NCBI RefSeq assembly: GCF_963921235.1
Contig: NC_086097.1
Location: 39,124,001-39,188,000 of the forward strand
From: Mobula hypostoma
Taxonomy: Eukaryota
Direction: 5' to 3'
DNA: 64,000 nt
Shown here: positions 25,901-37,900 of the stretch, piece after piece
Numbering within the stretch: the first letter of the stretch is position 1
Layout: each line of letters begins with the position of its first letter
Translations under genes and position numbers: made by a program
Notes under the pieces: model-generated
Told to the model about the DNA's origin: nothing
The model's input: only the letters and a program-made list of their open reading frames with translations
The model's database searches: none

Positions 25901-28900
25901 ACGCAAGTCGACATCGATGACGGCTCATTCACCATTGAGGAACTGAAGAAGGCCAAATATGCACTCAAACAGGGCAGGAGCACTGGACCAGATGAGATAA
26001 CACCAGACGTCCTGAAGAACTGCGACCTGGACGACATCTTGCTGGACATATGTAATATGGCACTGATGAAAGGCGACAAACCAGAACAGTGGTCACTGTC
26101 AAACATTATCCCAGTCCCCAAGTCTGGATCCCTCACGAAGACAGATAACTACCGCGGTATGAGCTTGACCTGCATCTTAGCAAAGCTATACAATCGGATG
26201 ATCTTGAACAGGATTCGCACCGCCATTGACCCTAAGCTAAGATTCAACCAGAATGGTTTTCGGCAGAAGCGCACAACAGTAATGCAAATACTTGCTCTCC
26301 GTAGGATCATCGGGGAAGTCAAGAACAACAACCTACCAGTCGTGTAATGAGTAGATAATCCCCAAAGATGGTTCTTGACCGCACATATGAAACTGAGGTT
26401 GCTTTGAATGCCTCAAGAGGAATCCTTGGGGTCGGCAGGTTCACTAATTGGCTCTATTTCACCGTTCGGTTCTGGCCAGCACTGTATTGTTATGTGACCT
26501 GTTTTCTGTAGTTCTGTAGAGAGAGTTGAGAGGGTGAGGGTGTACTTGACTTACCAACTGTTAAATTGCATGAACTAGTTCCATGCCATGAGTCAAGGGG
26601 AATTGCTGGGCAGCCTGTTTGCTAATTTATGCATCCCCAGTAATGTCTGTTCGGTTGGTAAGGTCGGATGAGATTGCTGGGTTTCGGATGTGTTGTGATG
26701 ACGAGTGCTCACTGCCTGCAGAGCTATGGTTCTTCCTGTGTTCCAGTGCCTCATCCTTTTTTTATTGGAAGTGCTCTACTAAGGGTCAGTCAGGACTCGT
26801 GCGTCAAGTTAGGATGCCGCTTACTGCACACCCCCCTCCCCCCCTCCCCAAAGAATCTTAAATGCCCTTGACAACTTCTGTTTCCCCTAATAACCCTTAG
26901 GACATGTGACAGCCCCCACTGGGAATCACTGTAAACAGATACAGCACTTGTCACAAATGCTACTTGACTGACTCAGTTCTGTTGTGTTGTATTTGTTCCA
27001 ATCTGGGACACCGGTGAGTAACCCAATCACAAACAAGAGAAAATCTGCAGATGCTGGAAATCCGAGCAACACACACAAAATGCTGGAGCAACTCAGCAGG
27101 CCAGGTAGCATCTATGGAAAAGAAACATACATCAAAGTTGCTGGTGAACGCAGCAGGCCAGGCAGCATCTATAGGAAGAGGCGCAGTCGACGTTTCAGGC
27201 CGAGACCCTTCGTCAGGACTAACTGAAGGAAGAGTGAGTAAGGGATTTGAAAGCTGGAGGGGGAGGGGGAGATGCAAAATGATAGGAGAAGACAGGAGGG
27301 GGAGGGATGGAGCCGAGAGCTGGACAGGTGATAGGCAGAAGGGGATACGAGAGGATCATGGGACAGGAGGTCCGGTAAGAAAGACGGGGGGGGGTGACCC
27401 AGAGGATGGGCAAGAGGTATATTCAGAGGGACAGAGGGAGAAAAAGGAGAGTGAGAGAAAGAATGTGTGCATTAAAAAGAGTAACAGATGGGGTACGAGG
27501 GGGAGGTGGGGCCTAGCGGAAGTTAGAGAAGTCAATGTTCATGCCATCAGGTTGGAGGCTACCCAGACGGAATATAAGGTGTTGTTCCTCCAACCTGAGT
27601 GTGGCTTCATCTTTACAGTAGAGGAGGCCGTGGATAGACATGTCAGAATGGGAATGGGATGTGGAATTAAAATGTGTGGCCACTGGGAGATCCTGCTTTC
27701 TCTGGCGGACAGAGCGTAGATGTTCAGCAAAGCGGTCTCCCAGTCTGCGTCGGGTCTCACCAATATATAAAAGGCCACATCGGGAGCACCGGACGCAGTA
27801 TATCACCCCAGTCGACTCACAGGTGAAGTGATGCCTCACCTGGAAGGACTGTTTGGGGCCCTGAATGGTGGTAAGGGAGGAAGTGTAAGGGCATGTGTAG
27901 CACTTGTTCCGCTTACACGGATAAGTGCCAGCAGGGAGATCAGTGGGGAGGGATGGGGGGGACGAATGGACAAGGGAGTTGTGTAGGGAGCGATCCCTGC
28001 GGAATGCAGAGAGAGGCGGGGAGGGAAAGATATGCTTAGTGGTGGGATCCTGTTGGAGGTGGCGGAAGTTACGGAGAATAATATGTTGGACCCGGAGGCT
28101 GGTGGGGTGGTAGGTGAGGACCAGGGGAACCCTATTCCTAGTGGGGTGGTGGGAGGATGGAGTGAGAGCAGATGTACGTGAAATGGGGGAGATGCGTTTA
28201 AGAGCAGAGTTGATAGTGGAGGAAGGGAAGCCCCTTTCTTTAAAAAATGAAGACATCTCCCTCGTCCTAGAATGAAAAGCCTCATCCTGAGAGCAGATGC
28301 GGCGGAGACGGAGGAATTGCGAGAAGGGGATGGCGTTTTTGCAAGAGACAGGGTGAGAAGAGGAATAGTCCAGATAGTTGTGAGAGTCAGTAGGCTTATA
28401 GTAGACATCAGTGGATAAGCTGTCTCCAGAGACAGAGACAGAAAGATCTAGAAAGGGGAGGGAGGTGTCAGAAATGGACCAGGTAAACTTGAGGGCAGGG
28501 TGAAAGTTGGAGGCAAAGTTAATAAAGTCAACGAGTTCTGCATGCGTGCAGGAAGCAGCGCCAATGCAGTCGTCGATGTAGCGAAGGAAAAGTGGGGGAC
28601 AGATACCAGAATAGGCACGGAACATAAATTGTTCCACAAACCCAACAAAAAGGCAGGCATAGCTAGGACCCATACGGGTGCCCATAGCTACACCTTTAGT
28701 TTGGAGGAAATGGGAGGAGCAAAAGGAGAAATTATTAAGAGTAAGGACTAATTCTGCTAGACGGAGCAGAGTGGTGGTAGAGGGGAACTGATTAGGTCTG
28801 GAATCCAAAAAGAAGCGTAGAGCTTTGAGACCTTCCTGATGGGGGATGGAAGTATATAGGGACTGGACATCCAAGGTGAAAATAAAGCGGTGGGGGCCAG

Positions 28901-31900
28901 GGAACTTAAAATCATCAAAAAGTTTAAGAGCGTGAGAAGTGTCACGAACATAGGTCGGAAGGGATTGAACAAGGGGTGATAAAACAGTGTCGAGGTATGC
29001 AGAAACGAGTTCGGTGGGGCAGGAGCAAGCTGAGACAATAGGTCGGCCAGGACAGGCAGGTTTGTGGATCTTGGGTAGGAGGTAGAAACGGGAAGTGCGG
29101 GGTGTGGGAACTATAAGGTTGGTAGCAGTGGATGGGAGATCCCCTGAGCGGATAAAGTCGTTGATAGTGTGGGAGACAATGGCCTGGTGCTCCTTAGTGG
29201 GGTCACGATCGAGGGGTAAATAAGAGGAGGTATCCGCGAGTTGTCGCTGTGCCTCGGCAAGGTAGAGGTCAGTACGCTATGGAAAAGAGTACAGTCGATG
29301 TTTTGGTGCAAGACCATTTAGCAGGACTGGAGAAAAAATCTGAGGAGTAGATTTAAAAGGTGGAGAGAGCGATGAAAGAAACTCAAGGTGATAGGTGAAA
29401 CCTGGAGGGGGGAGGGATGAAGTAAAGAGCTGGGAGGTTCATTAGTGAAAGAGACAGAAGGCCATGGAAGAAAGAACAGGGGGGAAGGAGCACTAGAAGG
29501 AGGCGAAGGGTGGACAAGGAGACTGGGTGAGGAGGGAAAAGCGATTGGAAAATAGTGAAGGGGGAGGTGGGGGGGCATTACTGTAAGTCTGAGAGATTGT
29601 TACTAGTCAGTAACTACCATGCTACTTGATCAGAATGATGAAGTTGTTACTTTGATTATTGAGAATAGATTGATAGGTCCAGCTTTTTGTGAATAGGATA
29701 CAACCGAGTAATGCCTACATTTAGCTAGAATTCAGTGTTGTACCTCTACTAGAACTGTTTGGCTAGAGGTTCTATTAGTTCAGCAGTGCAGGTTTTTAGC
29801 TCTACAGCTGCAGGCAGTGGTCTCAGCCATTTCTTTGCCATCATATGAAGTTGATTGAGTTGGCTGAAGATGGGTTACTTGCGAAGAAATGGAGATGGAT
29901 CAAGTATTTGGCTCGTCTGCCTCAATGTTGTTGTGAATGCATTGAATTTCTTTCACACTTGTGTAGGGCATTGTTGACACCAAGGCTCAGGATATTCTTG
30001 GAGTTGCCACCTCCTTCTCATGTTTGATGTTTACTTGTTCACCATCTTTCATGATTTAGATGTGGTAGGACATCAGAGCATTGATCGTGTTTGTTAAATG
30101 GTTTAGCACCTGTCCAGTTTAGCATAATTGTGCAATCTTGTAGTTAATGTATTTTAATCCAAGCTTTGATTCTTTAACCATTGGTTAAATATAAGTAAAT
30201 GAATTCTTGTAAACCAAAAGAACTGTAGATGCTAGAAATCTCAAATTAATGACAGAATATGCTGGAAAAACTGAGCAGACTGGGCAGCATCTGTGGAAGG
30301 AAAACATTTAACATTTCAGATCAGAGACCCTTCATCAGAATATTCTTTTACAGGTGTTCCTTGATGTAGCTTTTCAAGCATTGTCTGGTCTTTTGTATAT
30401 TTACTTGCATCGTGTGAGTGTTCGAACTTTTTTTAAAAGTAGAAGTTATGCGTGTGCCTTGTCAGCAATATCTGCCATGTAACTACTGACAAATCAAGGA
30501 TTTTCATCTGATCATTAGGTGGTCAAAAGATTGCAAATTTTTGGTATGTTTGAATTTTGAGGGGATTGGGCCAAGTGGAATTCTCTCCCAGGTCAGAAAC
30601 AAACTGAGGTATCAGCCCAAATGCTATGACATCTGAGTAAGTCTGATATTGACTCTACGTACCACTGCCATTTAGTACCTTCCATCAAAAGAGTAGGCAT
30701 TTGGTCACTAATTTATACTATTTGTTTATCTTTAAGTGCTTTTTTCCATAAATATATCAACCAGACTTTCGCTGACAATTCTCTCAATTAATTGATTAAT
30801 TGCCTAATTTGTGGTTTCTAACTTTCTCCACTCTTGATATACTCTTTGTATGGAAAGAAAGGATTTTGAGCTGTTCTCTTCAGTGAAGCCTCTATGTAAT
30901 TCAAATCTATAAATCTCATCTGGGTACTTGGTTTTACTTTAGTTTTGGGCTGCCTAATCCACATTGCAATGAATTGTTAATAAGATTTTTCTACTATAGA
31001 GCTGCATCAAGGTCTCCCAGAAGGCTCTTAGCAGTAAGAGTTAATGTAGTTTGGGCACTAATCCAACAGGTTCACATATTAGATACATTAAGAAATAGAT
31101 TACTACACATGGAACATACCAATAGTTCTATTAAACTGAAGGGCATGTAGATGGAAGGTAAACCTTTGAATCAAAAGCCACTTATTTCAAGTTCCCGTCC
31201 CTCTCAATTTCTCTCCATTTTCATTTGAGTCTTTGAATATGTTGCTTTTCAAATTGCAGCTTTCTGTTTAGATCTTACGCCAATTGAAATGGCCAGGGAT
31301 ATCATGAGTAATATTCCTCTGACAGCATGGTGGTATGTTTCTCTCTTATATTTTCTTAAACTGCTTGAATACCACACAGTCTGACTTTAGTGATGCTTGC
31401 TTTAAGGTTGATTTTTATCTTGGTGCCATTCTCCTGCACTAACCCAATTTTTTAATATCTACAAATCTATTGCCTTTTGGCCTGAATTTATTAAGCCTCC
31501 ACAACTGTCTTGGATATTGAAGTCTTATGATCCACCATTGCCTAGGTAGAATATTTTTTTCCTCCTTTTTTTTAAATGACTGACCTCTTATTATGAGACT
31601 GACCACTAATTCAGTCACCACAGGCAAAGGAAACATAAATCAGCATTTTATTAAGAATTTGTATGTTTTAATTAAGTCACCACTCATTTGTCATAATCTG
31701 AGAATAATACTACAGGGCCATAATCTCCATTCTAGGAATCAATTTCTTGAAGCTTTGCTATACTGTACTTTGCACGTGTATTCTTCCATGGTTAGGAAGA
31801 CTAGACTCGTACAGTGCATTCTACCAGGCCCCTAATAATTTGAGCAAGACTTCTTTACAAACATTCTTGTGTTAAAGGTTAACACCTTCCTTATTTGCTA

Positions 31901-34900
31901 TACTTATCTATTAACTTTCAGTGAATCATGCACAAGTACCCTGAGAATTCTCACTATTCCCTGGCTCTCCCCTGCCATCCCCGACTGTGCCATCTGACCG
32001 GGGGGATTTTTGATCCATCGGATGGACCGCACGGCATCTTCGGGCAAGACGAGGGGAGGTAGTGTCTGCCTACTGATCAACACTGCATGGTGCTCGGACA
32101 CAGTGGCACTGACAAGCTCCTGGAACACCTGTCGGTGAAGTGTTGTCCCTACTATCTGCCACGGGAATTCACCTCGCTCATACTGACAGTGGTCTACATT
32201 CCCCCCCAGGCGGACGTGGAGTGTGCTCTGAACATACTATATGCCAACATCAGTGAACTTGAGACCAGGTATCCGGAGGCTTTGCTCATTACAGCCGGGG
32301 ACGTTAACCAGGCCAACCTCAGAAAGGCGCTGCCAAAGTTATACCAACATGTCTCCAGCCCCACTGGAGGCCCGAATATACTTGACCACTGCTACACAGC
32401 AGTCAAGGATGCCTACTGTTCCGTCCCACGACCTCACTTCGGAAAATCTGTCCATCAGGCCATATTCCTCCTCCCGGCTTACAAGCAGAAACTGAAGCGG
32501 GAGGTCACAGTGTCAAAAGTAGTGTCGCATTGGACAGAGGAAACAGATGAGGTCCTCCGTGACTGCTTTGAATCGGTGGTCTGGTTAGTATTCAAGGACT
32601 TGGCAGCTAACCTCGATGAGTATGCCTCAGCTGCCACGAACTTTGTTTGGAAATGCATGGAGGACTGTGTGTCTCGCAAGACGATCCGGGTATTCCCTAA
32701 CCGGAAATCTTGGATGAATTATGAGGCCAAGTCCCTTTTAAAGGCTAGAGCTGCGGCTTTTAGGTCCGGGGACACCAGTCGCTACACGGAATCCAAGCGT
32801 GAACTCCGGAAAGCCATTAAGGGCGCCAAGAGGCGATATCGAGCCAAGTTGGAAGCCCAGGCTAACTAAAGGGATGCCAGTAGACTATGGCAGGGTCTAA
32901 ATGAGATCACTGGGCGCAAAGAAAGGGCTGGGAAAATCAATAACTGTGGTGCTTCTCTTCCTGACGAACTTAACATATTCTACACAAGATTCGAACAGAA
33001 GAGGAACATCCTGCTCCCTCCGGATGAACCGGAACTGGTGGCATCGAGATTCATCATCACCGAGGAGGACGTTAGAAGGGCCTTCCTGAAGATAAATCCA
33101 AGGAAGGCGACGGGCCCAGATGGTGTCCCAGGACGGGTTTTCCAGGCCTGTGCAAGCGAGCTAGCTGGAGTGTTTGCTGACATCTTCAACTGCTCCGTGC
33201 TTCAGTCTAAGATCCCCTTGTATTTTAAGAAGGCAACGATAATCCCAGTGCTGAAGAAGAGCAAGGTGGCATGCCTGAATGACTTTCGACCTGTGGCTCT
33301 GACATCAATTGCTATGAAGTGCTTCAAGAGATTGGTTATGGCACACATCAACCACAGCCTACCGGTCAACCTCGACGCTTTGCAATTCACCTACCGGAGC
33401 AACAGGTCAACGGCAGGTGCCATCTCTCTGGCCCTACATTCCTCCTTAGAACACCTGGAGAATAAAGACGCATACGTAAGACTGCTTTTCATTGACTACA
33501 GCTCTGCTTTTAATACCATCATTCCAAATAAACTGATTCCTAAGCTCCGGAACCTGGGCCTTAGCACTCAGATCTGCAGCTGGACTTCAACTTCCTCACA
33601 GTCAGGACCCAGGCTGTAAAAACAGGGGACAAGCTCTCCTCTACAATCACTCTGAGCACCGGTGCCCCACAAGGCTGTGTACTCAGCCCCCTGCTGTACT
33701 CACTGTACACCCATGATTGTGTAGCCAAGTTTCCATCAAACTCAATATATAAGTTTGCTGATGACACAACAATTGTGGGCCGTATCTCAGGTAATGATGA
33801 GTTTGAGTACAGAGAGGAAATTAAGAACCTGGTGGCATGGTGTGACGACAATAACCTATCCCTCAACGTCAGCAAGACGAAGGAATTGGTTGTTGACTTC
33901 AGAAGGAGTAGCGGACCACACGACCCAATTTACATCGGTGGTGTGTAAGTGGAACAGGTCAAAAGGTTTAAGTTTCTCAGGGTCAATATCACAAATGACC
34001 TGACTTGGTCCAACCAAGCAGAAGGCCCACCAGCGCCTTTACTTCCTGAGAAAACTAAAGAAGTTTAGTCTGTCCCCTAAAACCCTCACCAATTTTTATA
34101 GATGCACCGTAGAAAGCATTCTTCTAGGGTGCATCACAACCTGGTATGGAATTTGTCCTGTCCAAGACCGAAAGAAACTGCAGAAGATCATGAACACAGC
34201 GCAGCACATCACACAAACCAATCTTCTGTCCTTGGACTCACTTTACACCGCACGCTGTCAGAACAGTGCTGCTAGGATAATCAAGGACACGACCCACCCA
34301 GCCGACACACTTTTCATCTCTCTTCCCTCCGGGAGAAGGCTCAGGAGCTTGAAGACTCGTACGGCCAGATTTGGGAACAGCTTCTTTCCAACTGTGATAA
34401 GACTGCTGAACGGATCCTGACCTGGATCTGGGCCGTACCCTCCAAATATCCGGACCTGCCTCTCAGATTTTTTGCACTACCTTACTTCCCATTTTTCTAT
34501 TTTCTATTTATGATTTATAATTTTAATTTTTAATATTTACTAATTTTTACTATTTTTAATATTTGATATTTGTAATCCAGGAAGCAGGAAGCGCAGAATC
34601 ACATATCGCTGTGATGATTGTACGTTCTAGTATCAATTGTTTGGCGACAATAAAGTATAAAGTATTAAAAAAAATAAACTCCTTTTCTATTTTTTTCTAT
34701 TAAACGATGAACTCAGATTTTTCCAAATTTTTCCACATTTTCCTCCATCTACTATGCCCTTGCCTATTTATTTTACTGATCTATATGGCTCTGTAACATC
34801 AGCAAACTTGGATGTGGTGTTTGATGCCCACATTCATTCAGATGATTGACGTAGATTATAAAAAATGAAGGTTCCAGGTGACAGTATCCAGTCAGAGCTC

Positions 34901-37900
34901 CCTAACCCAAAAATGATCCGTTTCCTGTGTCTTCCACAAGTTAATCCTCAAGTGCCTTGTTGCAGTCTTTCAACCCAAAATATTGGTAATTCCTTCCCCT
35001 TTTCTCTTCCCTCTTTCTCACATCCCCCCCCCAAAACCCACAGATGCTGTGTGACCCACTGAATTCCTCCAGCAACTGCAGTCTCATGTGTTCAATCTAT
35101 TGTAACTCTGTACACTCTAATTTTGTTTGAATCTTTTGATGGATCTTTTTTAAAATCAAAGACCTTCTGAAATTCCAATACACAGCACTAACTGTTTTGC
35201 CTTTGTCTATTCTGCTAGATAAAACTTCAAAACTGGTTGCTCTACAACGTTGTTTATTCTCTCCTTCCATTGTTAGTGTCTTCCAATTTAGAAGAAATGC
35301 CCTTATTTGATTTTACACTTTTAACTGTTTGATTATTTCCAGCATGCAGCTGGTTTTGGGAAGTGCTCATTTAGTATAAAAGGACAGCGCATCATATAGC
35401 ATTATAGCATCGGTCAAGTAATAAGTATATTAATTATTAAGTATATAAAGTAAGTTTTTTTTTGATTAATAACCAAAGTCTTTGGACGAATCTATTAGTT
35501 ATGATTAAAACTAAAACATAATGTGGATGGTGGGTAGGGAAGAGAAGAGAGGGCAGCAAAGCTTAATTTCATTCAACTGGAATGAGAGTGACTTCCCTTT
35601 ATATCAAGGCTGCACTTCTTCATGAGAAAAGAAGTCCAAGTAACATTTTATTTTGGTGTAAATCAGAGAGCAACCAACTTCCATTTATTTATAACAAAAT
35701 GTTCCAAAGCACTTCACCTGAGCATAATCCAACAAAAACTTGCTATGCAGCTATATGAAGGAATATTGGGGAAAGTTGCCAAAATAGCATTCTAAAGAAG
35801 AAAAGAGAGGAAAAATAGTTTGCAGAGGAAATTCCAGAGTTCCACACTTTGTCCTCTGTGATTGTGTTTAAAATTTGGAAGCCGAACTAGTCAGACTCTG
35901 GTTGAAGATGGTTCCAAAAGCTTCAGACATATTCTTCTCACTTCTCCTCATAGCTACCATCATTGAGGATGGAAGCATTTAAAGAGTTGTCTTCCCTGTT
36001 CACATGTTTATCAATGTTTGCAAATAGATGAGGCAAGTTTGCTGGAGCTCAGAAGAATGAGAAAGGTTATCTGCATCATGTGGGCTGCAATAGTTCACCA
36101 CCATATTCCACCTCATTTAGAAGGCATTAAATCCTTACTTTCTCAGTCATACATAATTTTTGATACAGGTGTACAAGGTAATTGTATTTCCATAAAGGCA
36201 AGGTTATTAATTCTCTGAAACGACTGAGAATCCATTTCAGGCATCTCTTTATTGTAAATTATTTCCACCCATTCACCTGCAAAGCTATCTTTTGTTCTGC
36301 TAAAAATCATGTCTCAGGATCTACATATTGCAGTTGGATAGATTATTTTCATTGGAAAAATTGTGCTGCTGGTTTTTTTTTTAAAGTGGTACTTTGATCA
36401 GTTCTGTTTTATATCAGATTTATGTAAATCCAGAGCCATTTCTAACAATTGCTGCTCATGAACAGGGCATTGATTTCATGTCTAATTGCTTTAGTGATTT
36501 AAAAGCTTAATAAATGGCTGAAAACATCCAGACTGAACTTAGTTAACAGGAACCAGCACATTTTAGCACAGTGGATTTTGGTTTATTGGGACACATCAGG
36601 AGCAGTACATTTTGGCCCAATTAAGTAGCTGCCCCAATTAGCCAAAGTTTCATGGAAATAGTTGAAAAGGTAGAAAAAAGACAAACTAAATAACACATGA
36701 TGTATTTAAATGATATACAGAACAAACTGGAGCACTACCAATAGTACCACAGTACTATAAAACTTTATTAGTTCCTAATAGTTACACTGGACAGCAAATA
36801 TTTTCGGAAGTGTTGCTCCCTCAGAATTTTTTTTGTTTATGATAGAACGCTTGAAGCCAAACACAAATATAACTTCAGACTACTTGTATCACATATGAAT
36901 TGGAGAAACAAGAAATTAACATTTTTTGAATATAATGTGTCTTAATTGCATAACAGTGCTGATGCTTTGCAGTAGTTCAACTAAGCTAAAAATGTTAATG
37001 ATTTTCATTTATACTCTGTCTGAGGCTTCTCACTTAGGTGCAACTATAATCAGCCAGCATTGATGGATTCAGTTGCCCTAAAGCCATTTCTCCATGACCT
37101 CAAAGCCCTGGTGAAACCTTTTACCATGCTTGTCACTGACAGTGTCAAGATTTGCAGGGAACATATAGAACATAGAATAGTACAGCACAGTACAGGCCCT
37201 TTGGCCCACATTGTTGTGCCGACCCACAAACCCTGCCTCCCATATAAGCCCCCACCTTAAATTCCTCCATATACCTGTCTAGCAGTCTCTTAAATTTCAC
37301 TGGTGTATCTGCCTCCAACACTGACTCAGGCAGTGCATTCCACGCACCAACCACTCTCTGAGTAAAAAACCTTCCTCTAATATCCCCCGTGAACTTCCCA
37401 CCCCTTACCTTAAAGCCATGTCCCCTTGTATTGAGCAGTGGTGCCCTGGGGAAGAGGCGCTGGCTGTCCACTCTATCTATTCCTCTTAATATCTTGTATA
37501 CCTCTATCATGTCTCCTCTCATCCTCCTTCTCTCCAAAGAGTAAAGCTCTAGCTCCCTTAATCTCTGATCATAATGCATACTATCTAAACCAGGCAGCAT
37601 CCTGGTAAATCTCCTCTGTACCCTTTCCAATGCTTCCACACCCTTCCTATAGTGAGGCGACCAGAACTGGACACAGTACTCCAAGTGTGGTCTAACCAGA
37701 GTTTTATAGAGCTGCATCATTACCTCGCGACTCTTAAACTCTGTCCCTCGACTTATGAAGGCTAACACCCCATAAGCTTTCTTAACTACCCTATCTACCT
37801 GTGAGGCAACTTTCAGGGATCTGTGGACATGTACCCCCAGATCCCTCTGCTCCTCCGCACTGTCAAGTATCCTGCCATTTACTTTGTACTCTGCCTTGGA

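Larger units (their letters stand above)
27030..29597 (-). mobile_element. Older Penelope-like 3' fragment, split by the younger PLE (halves 27030-27123 and 29277-29597)
   Basis: The two halves rejoin to match the uninterrupted copy starting at 44031. Confidence 0.8.

Noticed and set aside
25363..26136. 257-aa ORF as a novel chimeric protein
   Set aside because: It reads across the RTE inversion junction, and its N-terminal half is antisense RTE sequence.
27051..28751. Several plus-strand and alternative-frame ORFs (222 aa, 190 aa and others)
   Set aside because: Antisense or off-frame by-products of the Penelope element.
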